DNA of 64,000 nt from Opitutaceae bacterium (GCA_051252375.1 JBPOFY010000013.1:1-64000); one strand, 5' to 3'; shown: positions 24,556 through 34,370, counted from the stretch's first letter. Notes: generated by a model not told the origin, from the sequence alone. Made by a program: numbers and translations.

Positions 24556-26331
24556 ATGTCTACCCCATCTTCCCCTCCCGTATCGGGCGTGCTTAGGAAC
24601 GCCGTGATACGTCTCGCCGGTCAATCACAGGACGGCATTCAATCTATCGGCGGCTTTTTAGCCCAACTAGCCGGCTCCACAGCCCAGGAGGTCATGACTT
24701 ACATGACGATTCCGTCGACCATCTCCGGTGGTCCGTCGATTTTTCAAGTGCACCTTGGTTCCGGCAAAGTGCTACACGCCGGCGACGAGGCCGACACACT
24801 TGTGGCCTTTTATCAGGACTCGTATAATAACCATTTGAATTCTCTGCGCGACGGAGGCATCTGTTTTTACGACAGTGATGTCGTCGAAGAGATCAAGGAA
24901 GAGCGTGGCATCGTGCATATTGGCGTGCCCTTTACTTCTGCGACAATCGAAGCCCTCGGTGGTTCGGCAAAAGATCGCGGTAAAAATATTTTTGTGCTCG
25001 GTATGCTCTGCGCGGTTTACCAACTGGATCGCGAAAAGATCTCGGATATTATCGCGCGTAAATTTGGCAAAAAGTCGGAGAGTGTGCTGCGCAATGTGAT
25101 GCTAGCATTCGATGCCGGTTACGCCTGGCCGGTGCATGATATCAAGCACATGCCGATGGCTGTCGGAGAGAACGATGGCGACAAACGTATCTCCACCGAT
25201 GGCAATACGATGCTCGCACTCGGTCTGATCGCAGGTGGGGTTCGTTATGGTGCCGGTTATCCAATCACGCCTTGGACCACGATCATGGAGCAACTTCGTT
25301 CCGAGCTGCCAAAATATGGTGGTATGTTTATTCAATGTGAGGACGAGCTCGCAGCGGTTTCGCTGGCAATTGGCGCGGCCTATTCCGGGCACCTTGCGAT
25401 TACTGGTTCATCCGGTCCGGGTCTTGCCTTGAAGGCAGAAGCCCTCGGCTACGCATCGATGGCGGAGCTTCCTTTGATCGTGGTGAATATCCAGCGTGGT
25501 GGTCCTTCTACGGGTTTGCCGACATCGGTTGAGCAATCCGACTTGATGCAGGCGATCTACGGCTCGCATGGTGACGCCCCGCGCATCGTGCTCGCGCCAC
25601 GCAATGTCGAAGACTGTTTTTACACCGCACTCGAAGCCTGTAAGTTAGCCCGTAAATATTCCACGCCGGTTATCATTCTCTCCGATCAAGCGATTGCGAC
25701 TCGCATCGAAGCCTTCTCCGAGCCGGATCTCGAAAAGCATTGGATCGAACCGGAACTGGATCTCGCTGAGCGCGGCGCGGATTTCAAACCATATCCATTT
25801 GATCAACTGACGCGTCATGCACCTCCGGGCGCTCGTTCTTCTGAGGGGAAGTATCCGGTAGTCACCGGTCTTGAGCATGACGAGTGGGGGCATCCATCTG
25901 GGAATCCGCTCAATCACGAGAAGATGACTGCCAAGCGTCGCGACAAACTCGTGCAGCTTGCAGCGTCGCTTCCGGACCCGCACTTCTTTGGTGATGACGC
26001 CGGCGACATTTTATTTGTAGGTTGGGGTTCCACTTATGGTCCCATCAATGAGGCGACGCAGAAATTACGCGAAGCCGGGCATAAGGTGGGCTCGATCCAT
26101 CTGCGCCACATCCACCCGCTGCGTAGTGATCTTGGCGAGGTGTTTAAAAACTACACTCACATCATCGTGCCTGAGATGAACGACTCCGGTGTCTATGGTA
26201 TGGGGCAGCTCGCTACACTTCTGCGTGCAGTGACCTGTAATCCAGGCATCCGCTCGCTCAATAAAGTGCAGGGCATCTCCTTCCGTGTGAGTGAAATCGT
26301 TGCCTTCGCTGAAGAGACGCTGGGCGCTTAA
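24556..26331 (+). CDS. 2-oxoacid:acceptor oxidoreductase subunit alpha
   Basis: YPITP, EDELAA, SSGPG, QRGGPSTGLPT, GWGSTYG. Confidence 0.92.
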   Translation: MSTPSSPPVSGVLRNAVIRLAGQSQDGIQSIGGFLAQLAGSTAQEVMTYMTIPSTISGGPSIFQVHLGSGKVLHAGDEADTLVAFYQDSYNNHLNSLRDGGICFYDSDVVEEIKEERGIVHIGVPFTSATIEALGGSAKDRGKNIFVLGMLCAVYQLDREKISDIIARKFGKKSESVLRNVMLAFDAGYAWPVHDIKHMPMAVGENDGDKRISTDGNTMLALGLIAGGVRYGAGYPITPWTTIMEQLRSELPKYGGMFIQCEDELAAVSLAIGAAYSGHLAITGSSGPGLALKAEALGYASMAELPLIVVNIQRGGPSTGLPTSVEQSDLMQAIYGSHGDAPRIVLAPRNVEDCFYTALEACKLARKYSTPVIILSDQAIATRIEAFSEPDLEKHWIEPELDLAERGADFKPYPFDQLTRHAPPGARSSEGKYPVVTGLEHDEWGHPSGNPLNHEKMTAKRRDKLVQLAASLPDPHFFGDDAGDILFVGWGSTYGPINEATQKLREAGHKVGSIHLRHIHPLRSDLGEVFKNYTHIIVPEMNDSGVYGMGQLATLLRAVTCNPGIRSLNKVQGISFRVSEIVAFAEETLGA

Positions 26332-26362
26332 AACACCGTTAAACCATTTACCCTTTATAATC

Positions 26363-27253
26363 ATGTCCTCAACTACCCCCGACGAAAAGCTCACTAAGAA
26401 GCAACTCAAAGCCGACCATCCTACATGGTGTCCCGGTTGCGGCGACTTTGCCGTGCTCGCATCCTTTTTTAATGTCGTGCAGAAACTCGGCATCCCGCAC
26501 GAGAAAATTGTCTGTGTCGCAGGCATCGGCTGTTCCTCGCGTTTCCCGTATTTTGTGAATACCCACGGTATCCACTTTATCCATGGCCGCGCGGTGCCAC
26601 TCGCGACCGGCATCTCGCTCTCGCGCCCAGATCTGCATGTGTTTGTGTTTGGTGGCGATGGCGACGGTTACTCAATCGGAGGGAACCATCTCAATCACGC
26701 GGCACGTAAGAATGTGAACCTTTCTTATGTGATCATGGATAACTTTGTCTACGGCCTGACCAAAAATCAGACCAGCCCGACGACACCGATCGGCCGCAAG
26801 TCCAAGACCGACCCACGTGGTGCGATTGATCGTCCGATCAATCCGATGGGCCAGCTCGTCGCGAGCGGTGCTACATTTATCGCCCGCACCCATGCCACTC
26901 AGGTGAAGCACATGAACGAAATGTTTGAGCGGGCGATTCTGCATCCCGGCTTCGCGGTGGTGGAGACACTATCCGAGTGCACGATGTTTTATCCCGGAGC
27001 GTTTGATTCCGGCAACCCTCGCAAAGGCGGAGCTTTTGAGCTGATCGATGAGTCTGCTCGCGACATGCAATCGACTGCCGAGGCTATGGCTTTGGCTGAA
27101 GATACGGAACCCGGGAAGTTCGGCGTTTATCTCGAAACCCGCCGTCCGACTAAGAATGAACTAGAAAATGCCTGGCTTGAGGATGCGCAGTCCAAAGTCG
27201 TTGATTTGTCGCCAAAAGACATGTTGCGCCAGCGTTTCGCTTCGTTGCGTTAG
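26363..27253 (+). CDS. 2-oxoacid:acceptor oxidoreductase subunit beta
   Basis: WCPGCGD, GIGCSSR, GGDGD TPP motif, YGLTKNQTSPT. Confidence 0.92.
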   Translation: MSSTTPDEKLTKKQLKADHPTWCPGCGDFAVLASFFNVVQKLGIPHEKIVCVAGIGCSSRFPYFVNTHGIHFIHGRAVPLATGISLSRPDLHVFVFGGDGDGYSIGGNHLNHAARKNVNLSYVIMDNFVYGLTKNQTSPTTPIGRKSKTDPRGAIDRPINPMGQLVASGATFIARTHATQVKHMNEMFERAILHPGFAVVETLSECTMFYPGAFDSGNPRKGGAFELIDESARDMQSTAEAMALAEDTEPGKFGVYLETRRPTKNELENAWLEDAQSKVVDLSPKDMLRQRFASLR

Positions 27254-27412
27254 TTTATTATGAGCAGAAATAGTGGATTTCGCCGTCTTGGCCGAAGTCT
27301 GGTCTTGAAAATTTTTGCTGTTGAGATAGCGTCCCGCTCTTCGTGTTCATGACCGTTGACGGCTTTTGCGTCACAGCGGATTGTGCCTTCTTTTTATCAA
27401 TTTATAAGTATC

Positions 27413-28744
27413 ATGTCTGAAAAACGCACTATTCGTATCGGACTTCTTGGCTTCGGCGTTGTCGGTCAAGGGGTTTGGAAGAACATTGAGAAAAACCGTC
27501 AAGCACTGGAGTTTCGACTCGGCGCGCAGCTCGATATCACCGAAGTGGTGGTCAAGAATTTGAGCCGTGTGCGTGATGTTGAAGTGCCTGCGGAACGTCT
27601 TTCCAATGTGCCTGCTCGCGTCGTCGAAAATCCGGATGTTGATATTGTCTGCGAGTTGATGGGGGGCACCGATGAGGCCCTCGTCCATACCCGCCGCGCG
27701 CTGGAACTCGGTAAGATCGTGGTCACTGCCAACAAGGCTTTGATCTGCGAGCATGGTGAGGAACTGTTCGATATCGCACGCCGCACTGGTGGACATTATT
27801 TCTATGAGGCATCCGTCGCTGGCGGCATCCCCATCATTAAAACCATTCGCGAGGCCTTGGTCGCGAATCGCTTTAAGCTGATTTTCGGTATTTTGAATGG
27901 CACTTCCAATTATATCCTCACGCGCATGGAGCGCGAAGGTCTGAGCTTTGATGAGACGCTCGGCGATGCTCGTAAGCTTGGCTATGTCGAAGCCGACGAG
28001 GCACTCGACTTGGACGGTATCGATGCGGCTCACAAGGCAGTCATCCTCGCGTATCTTGCGCATGGTAAATGGGTGAAGCTTAACGAAATCATTTGCGAAG
28101 GTATCCGTGATATCACGGGTCAAGACATCGCGATTGCCGGTCAGCTAGGTTACAAAATCAAACTACTGGCAGTGATCGCGCGCGACTTCGAAGCCGATAA
28201 ACTTTCCGTGCGCTTGCACCCTGCGTTGATTTCCAAAAAGGAAGTGATCGCCGGAGTCGACGAAGTTTACAACGGAGTCAGTGTCACTGGCGACGTGGTG
28301 GGCACCACCGTGTTGATCGGTCGTGGCGCGGGGCAAGATGCCACTTCTAGTTCGGTCATCAGTGATATCGCCGATGCGGTCTTTATGCTGCAGGGCGCAC
28401 CGGCGCCGGCCATCTGTGAGGAAGACGAGAAGATCTACAACCAGCTCGCGGAAGGTCTCGAGCTGGCAACGCCCGGGGAGCTCAGTGGTCGCTACTACCT
28501 GCGCATCCACGTGAAGGACCAAGAGGGTGTGCTCGCTAAAATTTCCAACATCCTCGCCGAGCACCATATCAGCTTTGCCACCGTGAACCAGCAGGAGCTC
28601 GAAGATGGTTCTGCCCTAATTATGGTCACGACTCACACCAGCAACGAAGCGGCCATCGCTGACGCGAAAGTCACTCTGGCGGCTGAACCTGTTGTTCTCA
28701 GTGCCCCTGTTAGCTTCCGTATCTTTGATCCCAGTAAGGTCTAA
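27413..28744 (+). CDS. hom: Homoserine dehydrogenase
   Basis: GFGVVG, VVTANKA, EASVAGGIP, GILNGTSNYIL, C-terminal ACT domain. Confidence 0.95.
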   Translation: MSEKRTIRIGLLGFGVVGQGVWKNIEKNRQALEFRLGAQLDITEVVVKNLSRVRDVEVPAERLSNVPARVVENPDVDIVCELMGGTDEALVHTRRALELGKIVVTANKALICEHGEELFDIARRTGGHYFYEASVAGGIPIIKTIREALVANRFKLIFGILNGTSNYILTRMEREGLSFDETLGDARKLGYVEADEALDLDGIDAAHKAVILAYLAHGKWVKLNEIICEGIRDITGQDIAIAGQLGYKIKLLAVIARDFEADKLSVRLHPALISKKEVIAGVDEVYNGVSVTGDVVGTTVLIGRGAGQDATSSSVISDIADAVFMLQGAPAPAICEEDEKIYNQLAEGLELATPGELSGRYYLRIHVKDQEGVLAKISNILAEHHISFATVNQQELEDGSALIMVTTHTSNEAAIADAKVTLAAEPVVLSAPVSFRIFDPSKV

Positions 28745-28846
28745 GGCGGGATTTATCTCCTGAATTATGCTTAAATTAGGGTTGACGGGGTGGTTTTCCG
28801 CACCATCGTTCTGCCTCTTTTCCACTTATCTGAATTTTTTATTGTT

Positions 28847-29047
28847 ATGTCTATCGAAGTAAAAGTCCGTAAAGGCGAGCCCATGGAACGTGCGCTCCGT
28901 CGTCTCAAGAAACGCCTCGACCGTGAAGGCGTTATTCACCAAGTGCGCGCGAATCGTTATTTCGTGAAGCCTGCTCAAGTGAAACGTAAGAAGAAGAAGG
29001 AGCTTGATTTCAACAACATGCTTCGCGTTCGTTACTCGAAAATGTAA
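28847..29047 (+). CDS. rpsU: 30S ribosomal protein S21
   Basis: EVKVRKGEPMERALRRLKK...RYFVKP. Confidence 0.92.
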   Translation: MSIEVKVRKGEPMERALRRLKKRLDREGVIHQVRANRYFVKPAQVKRKKKKELDFNNMLRVRYSKM

Positions 29048-29129
29048 TTTCTAAGTGCGTGCGCCATTGGTGCTTGCTCTTAATGAGTCTCGGCCCGCGT
29101 TTGCGTGCCGAGATTTTTTTTTGCCCCCT

Positions 29130-30083
29130 ATGAGTGATATTTTTGATCGTCTGTCCCTGTCGACTTGCTGGTGTTCCAGTAGGCACACCGATGGTTACGA
29201 AATGGTCGAAGAGATGGTGGGACTCGGCTTTAAGCAGATCGAGCTGAGCCACGGTATCCGTATTTCTTTGGTGCCTGGTATATTGCAGGCGGTCGAAGAG
29301 GGCATGGTGAGTATTTCTACCGTCCACAACTTTTGCCCACTGCCCAACGGTGTGCAGCACGCCGCGCCCAATTATTATCAACCCTCCGCGGTTGATTCGC
29401 GTGAGCGCGGTCTCTGGCAGCGCTACACCGAGCAGACCATGGCTTTTGCGGTTAAGGTTGGCGCCCAGCGCATCGTGATGCACTCCGGTAGCACGTGGTA
29501 TTTCTTTGGTTCGCCGGAGGAGAAGTTGGAGAAGTGGTTGAAGGAATCTGAGTTGATGGCCTGTGATATGTTGGGCGACAAAGATTTTGAGCGTCAACGT
29601 GACCGTGCTCTTAAGCGCATCAAACGTGCCTCTAAGAAGACGATGGAGCGCATTAAGGCGGGTTACGGGCTCGTCATTCCTAGAGCCAAGGAGTTGGGCC
29701 TCACGCTGTGCTTAGAGAATCGTGAAGGTCTCGAGGAAATGCCGATCGACCGCGAGTATGCCGGATTCCTTGAAGCGCTTGGGGAGCCAGAGCATTGTGC
29801 TTATTGGCATGATACCGGCCACGCGCAGATCAAGCATCAGTTCGGGCTGTTGGACCACCGCGAGCATTTGACGGAGATGGCTGATCGGCTAGCAGGCTTT
29901 CATTTGCATGATGTGTCGGAGAAGGGGCGTGACCATCAGGTCCCTGGCACAGGCACTATTGATTTTAATATGGTGGCCGAGTTTGTGCGGCCGGAGCATA
30001 CTTTGGTCTTGGAGCTCAGCCCCAAATTGACCGTCGACGAGGTCAAAGCCTCGCGTGATTTCATCGGCAACCTGTTGGGTTGA
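29130..30083 (+). CDS. Sugar phosphate isomerase/epimerase (TIM barrel) family protein
   Basis: IELSHG, VHN, LENRE, WHDTGH, FHLHD, DH..PGTG, LELS. Confidence 0.8.
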   Translation: MSDIFDRLSLSTCWCSSRHTDGYEMVEEMVGLGFKQIELSHGIRISLVPGILQAVEEGMVSISTVHNFCPLPNGVQHAAPNYYQPSAVDSRERGLWQRYTEQTMAFAVKVGAQRIVMHSGSTWYFFGSPEEKLEKWLKESELMACDMLGDKDFERQRDRALKRIKRASKKTMERIKAGYGLVIPRAKELGLTLCLENREGLEEMPIDREYAGFLEALGEPEHCAYWHDTGHAQIKHQFGLLDHREHLTEMADRLAGFHLHDVSEKGRDHQVPGTGTIDFNMVAEFVRPEHTLVLELSPKLTVDEVKASRDFIGNLLG

Positions 30084-30091
30084 GGTGAAAC

Positions 30092-30157
30092 TGTGCCAGT
30101 GTGACGCATTGTCGTTCTGGTGTGATTAGTTTTTGGTAAATGTGCCAACTTGTCGCA
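30092..30157 (+). promoter_or_regulatory. Two 17-bp pseudo-palindromic sites, candidate enhancer-binding-protein sites
   Basis: TGTGCCAGTGTGACGCA (30092-30108) and TGTGCCAACTTGTCGCA (30141-30157). Confidence 0.6.
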
Positions 30158-30220
30158 TATTGCATTTAAAGTTAAATGTGTAAGTATATCTTATTCATGC
30201 TTTTATGTATTTACTAGTTA

Positions 30221-30237
30221 TTGGCATTTCATGTGCA
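30221..30237 (+). promoter_or_regulatory. sigma54 (-24/-12) promoter of the Hsp20 pair
   Basis: TTGGCATTTCATGTGCA: GG-N10-GC spacing, 40 bp upstream of the ATG, AT-rich region upstream. Confidence 0.65.
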
Positions 30238-30277
30238 CTTAGACTTTTGAACTTAAACTCAAAAGAAAGGACAACAC

Positions 30278-30709
30278 ATGAAACTAATACGATACGAATA
30301 TCCACAATCACTCGGCACAGCTGCGTATGATAACTTCTTTCATCCGGCAGCACCTGCGCTCGGTCGCCTAGGCTCGCTCTTTGACGACTTATTTGGCGGC
30401 TCCGCCGAGTTGAATCAAACCGCTGCGGATCTCTACGAGGATGCGCATAACTACTACGCACGACTGGAACTACCTGGCGTGAAGAAAAAGGAAATCGATT
30501 TGGAGCTGGAAAATGCAGTTCTCACGATTTCGGGGGCTTCTTCGGAAGATACTGACGAAGCCAAGCGCCAATTCAGCTTCAAGCGTTCGATCTCGGTGCC
30601 CGATGGCGTGGCACTCGACCGTGTGTCGGCCACGCATGAGGACGGTATTCTAACTGTCACCATGCCCAAAGAAGAGGCCCGCAAGCCACGTCAAATCACC
30701 GTCAAGTAA
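30278..30709 (+). CDS. Hsp20/alpha-crystallin small heat shock protein
   Basis: ELPGVKK, FKRSISVP, DGILTVTMPK; Shine-Dalgarno AAGGA. Confidence 0.93.
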   Translation: MKLIRYEYPQSLGTAAYDNFFHPAAPALGRLGSLFDDLFGGSAELNQTAADLYEDAHNYYARLELPGVKKKEIDLELENAVLTISGASSEDTDEAKRQFSFKRSISVPDGVALDRVSATHEDGILTVTMPKEEARKPRQITVK

Positions 30710-30738
30710 TCACACATTAACGAAAGGAACACATTATC

Positions 30739-31131
30739 ATGAGTACGACAGAAATAAACACCGTCAAAAAGCAAGCACCTCAAGCCGAAGGGCAAGCGAC
30801 CGCACGCAAATGGCGTCGTCCACACTACGACGTTGCTGAGAGCGAAGGCGCTTTCAATGTGCAGGTCACTTTGCCCGGCGTGAATCGTTCAGGGGTCGAT
30901 ATCTCGGTAGAGCAAGATCTACTCAGTATCGTCGGCACTCGCGCGATCCAAGCGCCCGAAGGCTGGCGCCCGCTTCGCCGCGAGCTCCCCGAGGGGGATT
31001 ATCGTCTCAACTTGCGCTTAAATGTCGCGATCAATGAGGCAGCCATCGAGGCCCGTGTTGAAGACGGCATTTTGAATCTCACACTGCCCAAGGCAGATGA
31101 GATCAAACCGCGCAAGATTCAGGTCAGCTAA
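30739..31131 (+). CDS. Hsp20/alpha-crystallin small heat shock protein
   Basis: LPGV, DGILNLTLPKA, PRKIQV; Shine-Dalgarno AAGGA. Confidence 0.92.
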   Translation: MSTTEINTVKKQAPQAEGQATARKWRRPHYDVAESEGAFNVQVTLPGVNRSGVDISVEQDLLSIVGTRAIQAPEGWRPLRRELPEGDYRLNLRLNVAINEAAIEARVEDGILNLTLPKADEIKPRKIQVS

Positions 31132-31159
31132 GTTTTTGGTTAGGTTAGATATGTGAAGG

Positions 31160-31189
31160 AAAGGTCGGCACGAAAGTGCCGGCCTTTTT
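31160..31189 (+). terminator. Intrinsic terminator
   Basis: AAGGTCGGCAC-GAAA-GTGCCGGCCTTTTT. Confidence 0.85.
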
Positions 31190-31211
31190 ATTTGGATCTT
31201 CTCCGAAGGTG

Positions 31212-31464
31212 AGCCTCGAAGCTCTGCTGCGTTCCCCGAAGCAGAGCTTCGAGGCTACCAGCTGCAGTCGACCTCTCGTGGCCTCGTTGCTCAGCAACGG
31301 GGTGCGTCAGAGTCGCTTCGTGAGTTTGGTGTCCTCGGGTGATTGGAAGGAGAGGTCGCTTAGAATTCTTCTCAAAGAGCCTCTGCTACGTTCCCCGAAG
31401 CAGAGCTTCGAGGCTACCAGCTGCAGTCGATCCTCTCGTGGCCTCGTTGCTCAGCAACGGGGTG
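31212..31464. repeat. Two ~83-bp direct copies of a REP-containing unit
   Basis: 31222-31304 and 31381-31464 near-identical; contain GTAGCCTCGAAGCTCTGCTTCGGGG (minus strand) and the CCTCGTTGCTCAGCAACGGGG hairpin. Confidence 0.85.
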
Positions 31465-31688
31465 TCCTTATTTCGCATGCTGTTTTATTGCGAAACATGT
31501 GCGAAATATCGCCTTTTCGCTTGCCTTGCCCCCTGCGGCTGGTATCCCTCTCCGCTTTCCTATTCGTAAGGATGGGAAATAGTGCCGGCACAGTGCCGTC
31601 GCTGAGTCACAATAACACACACATAATCACATAATAAAAAGAAACTTACGTTTCTCCCCGGGCACACGCTTTGGGCTTTGAAAATAGT

Positions 31689-32600
31689 ATGAATATTACA
31701 CCAAAAGACCTTCTCGATGCAGGCGTTCACTTCGGTCACCAGCTCCGTCGCTGGAATCCAAAGTCGAAACCCTACGTTTTCGATAACCGCAATGGTATTT
31801 CCATTATCGACTTGGAGCAGACTCACGCGCTCCTCGAAAAGGCTTACGCCAAGGTAGAAGAAGTTATTTCTTCCGGTAAAGAGATCCTTTTCATCGGCAC
31901 CAAGAAGCAAGCTCAAGAAATCGTTCGCGAAGCCGCGACTGCTTGCCAAATGCCATTCTGCGTTAACCGCTGGATGGGTGGTGGTCTCACTAATTTCTCC
32001 ACGATCAAGACTTCACTCGCGAAATACCGCAAGTTCTTGAAAATGGATCAAGATGGCGATCTCGATAAGCTTCCTGGTAAGGAAGAAGCGATGATCCGTC
32101 GTCAAATGAGCCGCATGAATCGTAACTTCGAAGGTATGCTCGAAGTCAACGAGTTGCCTGCAGCAATCTTTATCGTCGATACCAAGAACGAAGAAATCGC
32201 AGTTGCTGAAGCTAATCGCCTCGGCATCCCTGTCATCGGTCTTGTAGATACAAATTCTGACCCAACAGTTCTCGACTTCCCGATCCCGGGCAATGACGAC
32301 GCTGTTAAGTCTATCCGTATCATCGTTGAAACCATCCTTGAAGCCGCGCAAAACGGTCTTTCTCAGCGCGAAGCTAAGAAGGTGCAAAAGGGCGGTCCAA
32401 TCGTTCGTGAGCAAGTATTCGAGCAACAAGAAGATGTCGATGTGACACTTCCTGCTGGTTACGGCGAAGACGGCGAGAAGCCAGCTGCTGCAGAAGCACC
32501 TGCACCTGTAGAAACTCCTGCACCAGCAAAAACTCCTGCTGCTGAAGAAGCTCCTGCCGCTGAAGAAGCACCTGCTGCTGAATCAACTGAAGAGAAGTAA
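31689..32600 (+). CDS. rpsB: 30S ribosomal protein S2 with an Ala/Glu/Pro-rich tail
   Basis: LLDAGVHFGHQ, RWMGGGLTN, IPGNDDAVKSI. Confidence 0.97.
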   Translation: MNITPKDLLDAGVHFGHQLRRWNPKSKPYVFDNRNGISIIDLEQTHALLEKAYAKVEEVISSGKEILFIGTKKQAQEIVREAATACQMPFCVNRWMGGGLTNFSTIKTSLAKYRKFLKMDQDGDLDKLPGKEEAMIRRQMSRMNRNFEGMLEVNELPAAIFIVDTKNEEIAVAEANRLGIPVIGLVDTNSDPTVLDFPIPGNDDAVKSIRIIVETILEAAQNGLSQREAKKVQKGGPIVREQVFEQQEDVDVTLPAGYGEDGEKPAAAEAPAPVETPAPAKTPAAEEAPAAEEAPAAESTEEK

Positions 32601-32643
32601 TTTTCCTTAAATCAATTTCACACAAATACGTTAAAATAGAAAC

Positions 32644-33237
32644 ATGAGTGTTCAGATTAATGCTAAAATGGTCGGCGAGCTGCGCGAAAGCACAGGTGCT
32701 GGACTAATGGATTGTAAAAAAGCGCTTGTTGAGTCCGAAGGTGATGTCGACAAGGCTGTAGAAATTCTTCGCAAGAAGGGTGTCGCCACTGCTGCTAAAA
32801 AGGCTGGTCGTGACGCAAGCGATGGTCTCATCGAGACATACATCCACCTCGGTGGTAAGGTCGGCGTTATGGTTGAAGTCAGCTGTGAGTCTGACTTCGT
32901 TGCTAAGACAGACGACTTCAAGCAATTCGTTCGCGACATCGCTATGCACATCGCAGCCGCAAGCCCAGCTTGTGTCTCTCGCGAAAACATCGATCCAGCT
33001 TTGATCGAAGCCGAGCGTAAGCTTGCTGAAAGCCAAGCTGAAGGTAAGCCAGCGCACGCGATCGAGAAGATCGTTGAAGGTAAGATCAACAAATACCTCA
33101 GCGAGTCTTGTCTCCTTGAGCAAGCGTTCGTCAAGAACCCAGATCAAACGATCCTTGAGCTCTTGACTGCCATGATCGCCAAGATGGGCGAGAACATGGT
33201 TATCAAACGCTTCGCTCGCTTCCAAGTTGGCGCGTAA
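32644..33237 (+). CDS. tsf: Elongation factor Ts (short form)
   Basis: LRESTGAGLMDCKKAL, CESDFVA, LLEQAFVK, RFARF; follows rpsB. Confidence 0.96.
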   Translation: MSVQINAKMVGELRESTGAGLMDCKKALVESEGDVDKAVEILRKKGVATAAKKAGRDASDGLIETYIHLGGKVGVMVEVSCESDFVAKTDDFKQFVRDIAMHIAAASPACVSRENIDPALIEAERKLAESQAEGKPAHAIEKIVEGKINKYLSESCLLEQAFVKNPDQTILELLTAMIAKMGENMVIKRFARFQVGA

Positions 33238-33260
33238 GACTATCTAGTCTTTTACTTTGC

Positions 33261-33297
33261 AGGCCCTTCACCGTTACGCGGTGAGGGGCCTTTTTTT
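33261..33297 (+). terminator. Intrinsic terminator of rpsB-tsf
   Basis: AGGCCCTTCACCG-TTACG-CGGTGAGGGGCC-TTTTTTT. Confidence 0.88.
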
Positions 33298-33321
33298 GCC
33301 TCTAGGGAAGGAGTGTGAATT

Positions 33322-33715
33322 TTGAACGTCCAACTTCGAACATCCAATTTTGAATCTTTTGATTCCCGCTATAGGATTGAGCCGATATGCCTGTGATGCT
33401 CTTTGCGTAAGCTATTCAATATTGGACGTTCAACGTTCAGGGGCGGGGGCGAATGCCGCTACTGCATCTCCCGGAGATAGCTCTTGTCGGACGCCAGCAC
33501 GGCGCCGCGGAGGGGCGAACGTCGAACGTCCAACAACGAACGTCCAATTCTGAATCTTTTGATTCTCGCTATAGGATTGAGCCGATATGCCTGCAATGCT
33601 CTTTGCGCAAGCCACTCAATATTGAGCGTTCGACGTTGGACGTTCGACGTTCAGGGGCGAATGCCGCTATCACATCTCCCAAAGATAGCTCTGGTCTGTC
33701 GCTAGCACGGCGCCG
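33322..33715 (-). repeat. Diverged tandem duplication (~208-bp period) of a gene 3' end plus heptamer-arm element
   Basis: Both copies share GAATCTTTTGATT.CGCTATAGGATTGAGCCGATATGCCTG and GGGGCGAATGCCGCTA...GCACGGCGCCG. Confidence 0.88.
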
Positions 33716-34152
33716 TTGGCATCTTTGATCGTGAAACGCCATGCGGCGGGTGTGGTGGTGCCTTCTGGCCACTGCTCGCCAGTCAGACCGATGAAGATCT
33801 CTTTGGTCTTCGGGCGTTTGGCTGGCAGCGTGAAAGTGTATTCCTGTGCGTCGAGCGACTTTTCAGTGTGAAACTCACCGACGATGATAGTGCGCGCCGG
33901 TAGGTGACGGATGCTTTCATCCAAAACGATCGTGAAGTAGTAACCCGTGCGAGCCTCTGGAGTGGTGCGGAGGATTAGGCGGTCGCCCATATACTCCTTG
34001 CCGGTCATGTATTCGCTCACGCGCATGAATTGCTGCTCCTCGATCAAGCGAGGTTTGATCTCTTCGATCGTAACAGCACGCGGTGCCTCTTTGCGAGTGG
34101 ACGCACAAGAAGCGCAGAGCAGACAGAGGAGGCCGAGTAGGAAAAAGCGCAT
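33670..34152 (-). CDS. Hypothetical lipoprotein
   Basis: MRFFLLGLLCLLCASCAST lipobox-like signal; TTGACA just upstream; start moved to ATG 34152. Confidence 0.7.
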   Translation of the reverse strand: MRFFLLGLLCLLCASCASTRKEAPRAVTIEEIKPRLIEEQQFMRVSEYMTGKEYMGDRLILRTTPEARTGYYFTIVLDESIRHLPARTIIVGEFHTEKSLDAQEYTFTLPAKRPKTKEIFIGLTGEQWPEGTTTPAAWRFTIKDANGAVLATDQSYLWEM

Positions 34153-34243
34153 ATGCAGTAGATTCGTGAGCACGCAGGGCTTGTCAATAGTCTGTGCGAT
34201 CAAGTTATGGTAATCGCCCTCCAGTGACTGACAGGGCGGATGG

Positions 34244-34370
34244 CTCGCACAGAGACACAGAGGCGCGGAGACGTGGTTGGGAAAATGTAGCCACGTCACT
34301 CTGTGACGTGTTCCTGTGGAATTCGTCTTATACGTCAGAGTCGCTCCGTGCCTCTGCGCCTCTGTGTGAG
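34244..34370. repeat. 9-mer-arm palindromic element with a nested GTAG REP
   Basis: CTCGCACAGAGACACAGAGGCGCGGAG ... CTCCGTGCCTCTGCGCCTCTGTGTGAG (23/27 inverted match); GTAGCCACGTCACTCTGTGACGTG at 34287. Confidence 0.85.

Noticed and set aside
30084..30277. CIRCE/HrcA operator upstream of Hsp20
   Set aside because: No TTAGCACTC-N9-GAGTGCTAA match; a sigma54 layout fits better.
31176..31634. 152-aa ORF, and the short ORFs at 33350-33772 and 11886-12074
   Set aside because: They are translations of repeat DNA.
31560..31688. S2 autoregulatory leader RNA upstream of rpsB
   Set aside because: Position is plausible, but I could not match the conserved structure with enough confidence to call it.
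33451..33715. DGR template/variable repeat pair
   Set aside because: Differences are not confined to adenines of either copy, and there is no reverse transcriptase in the window.
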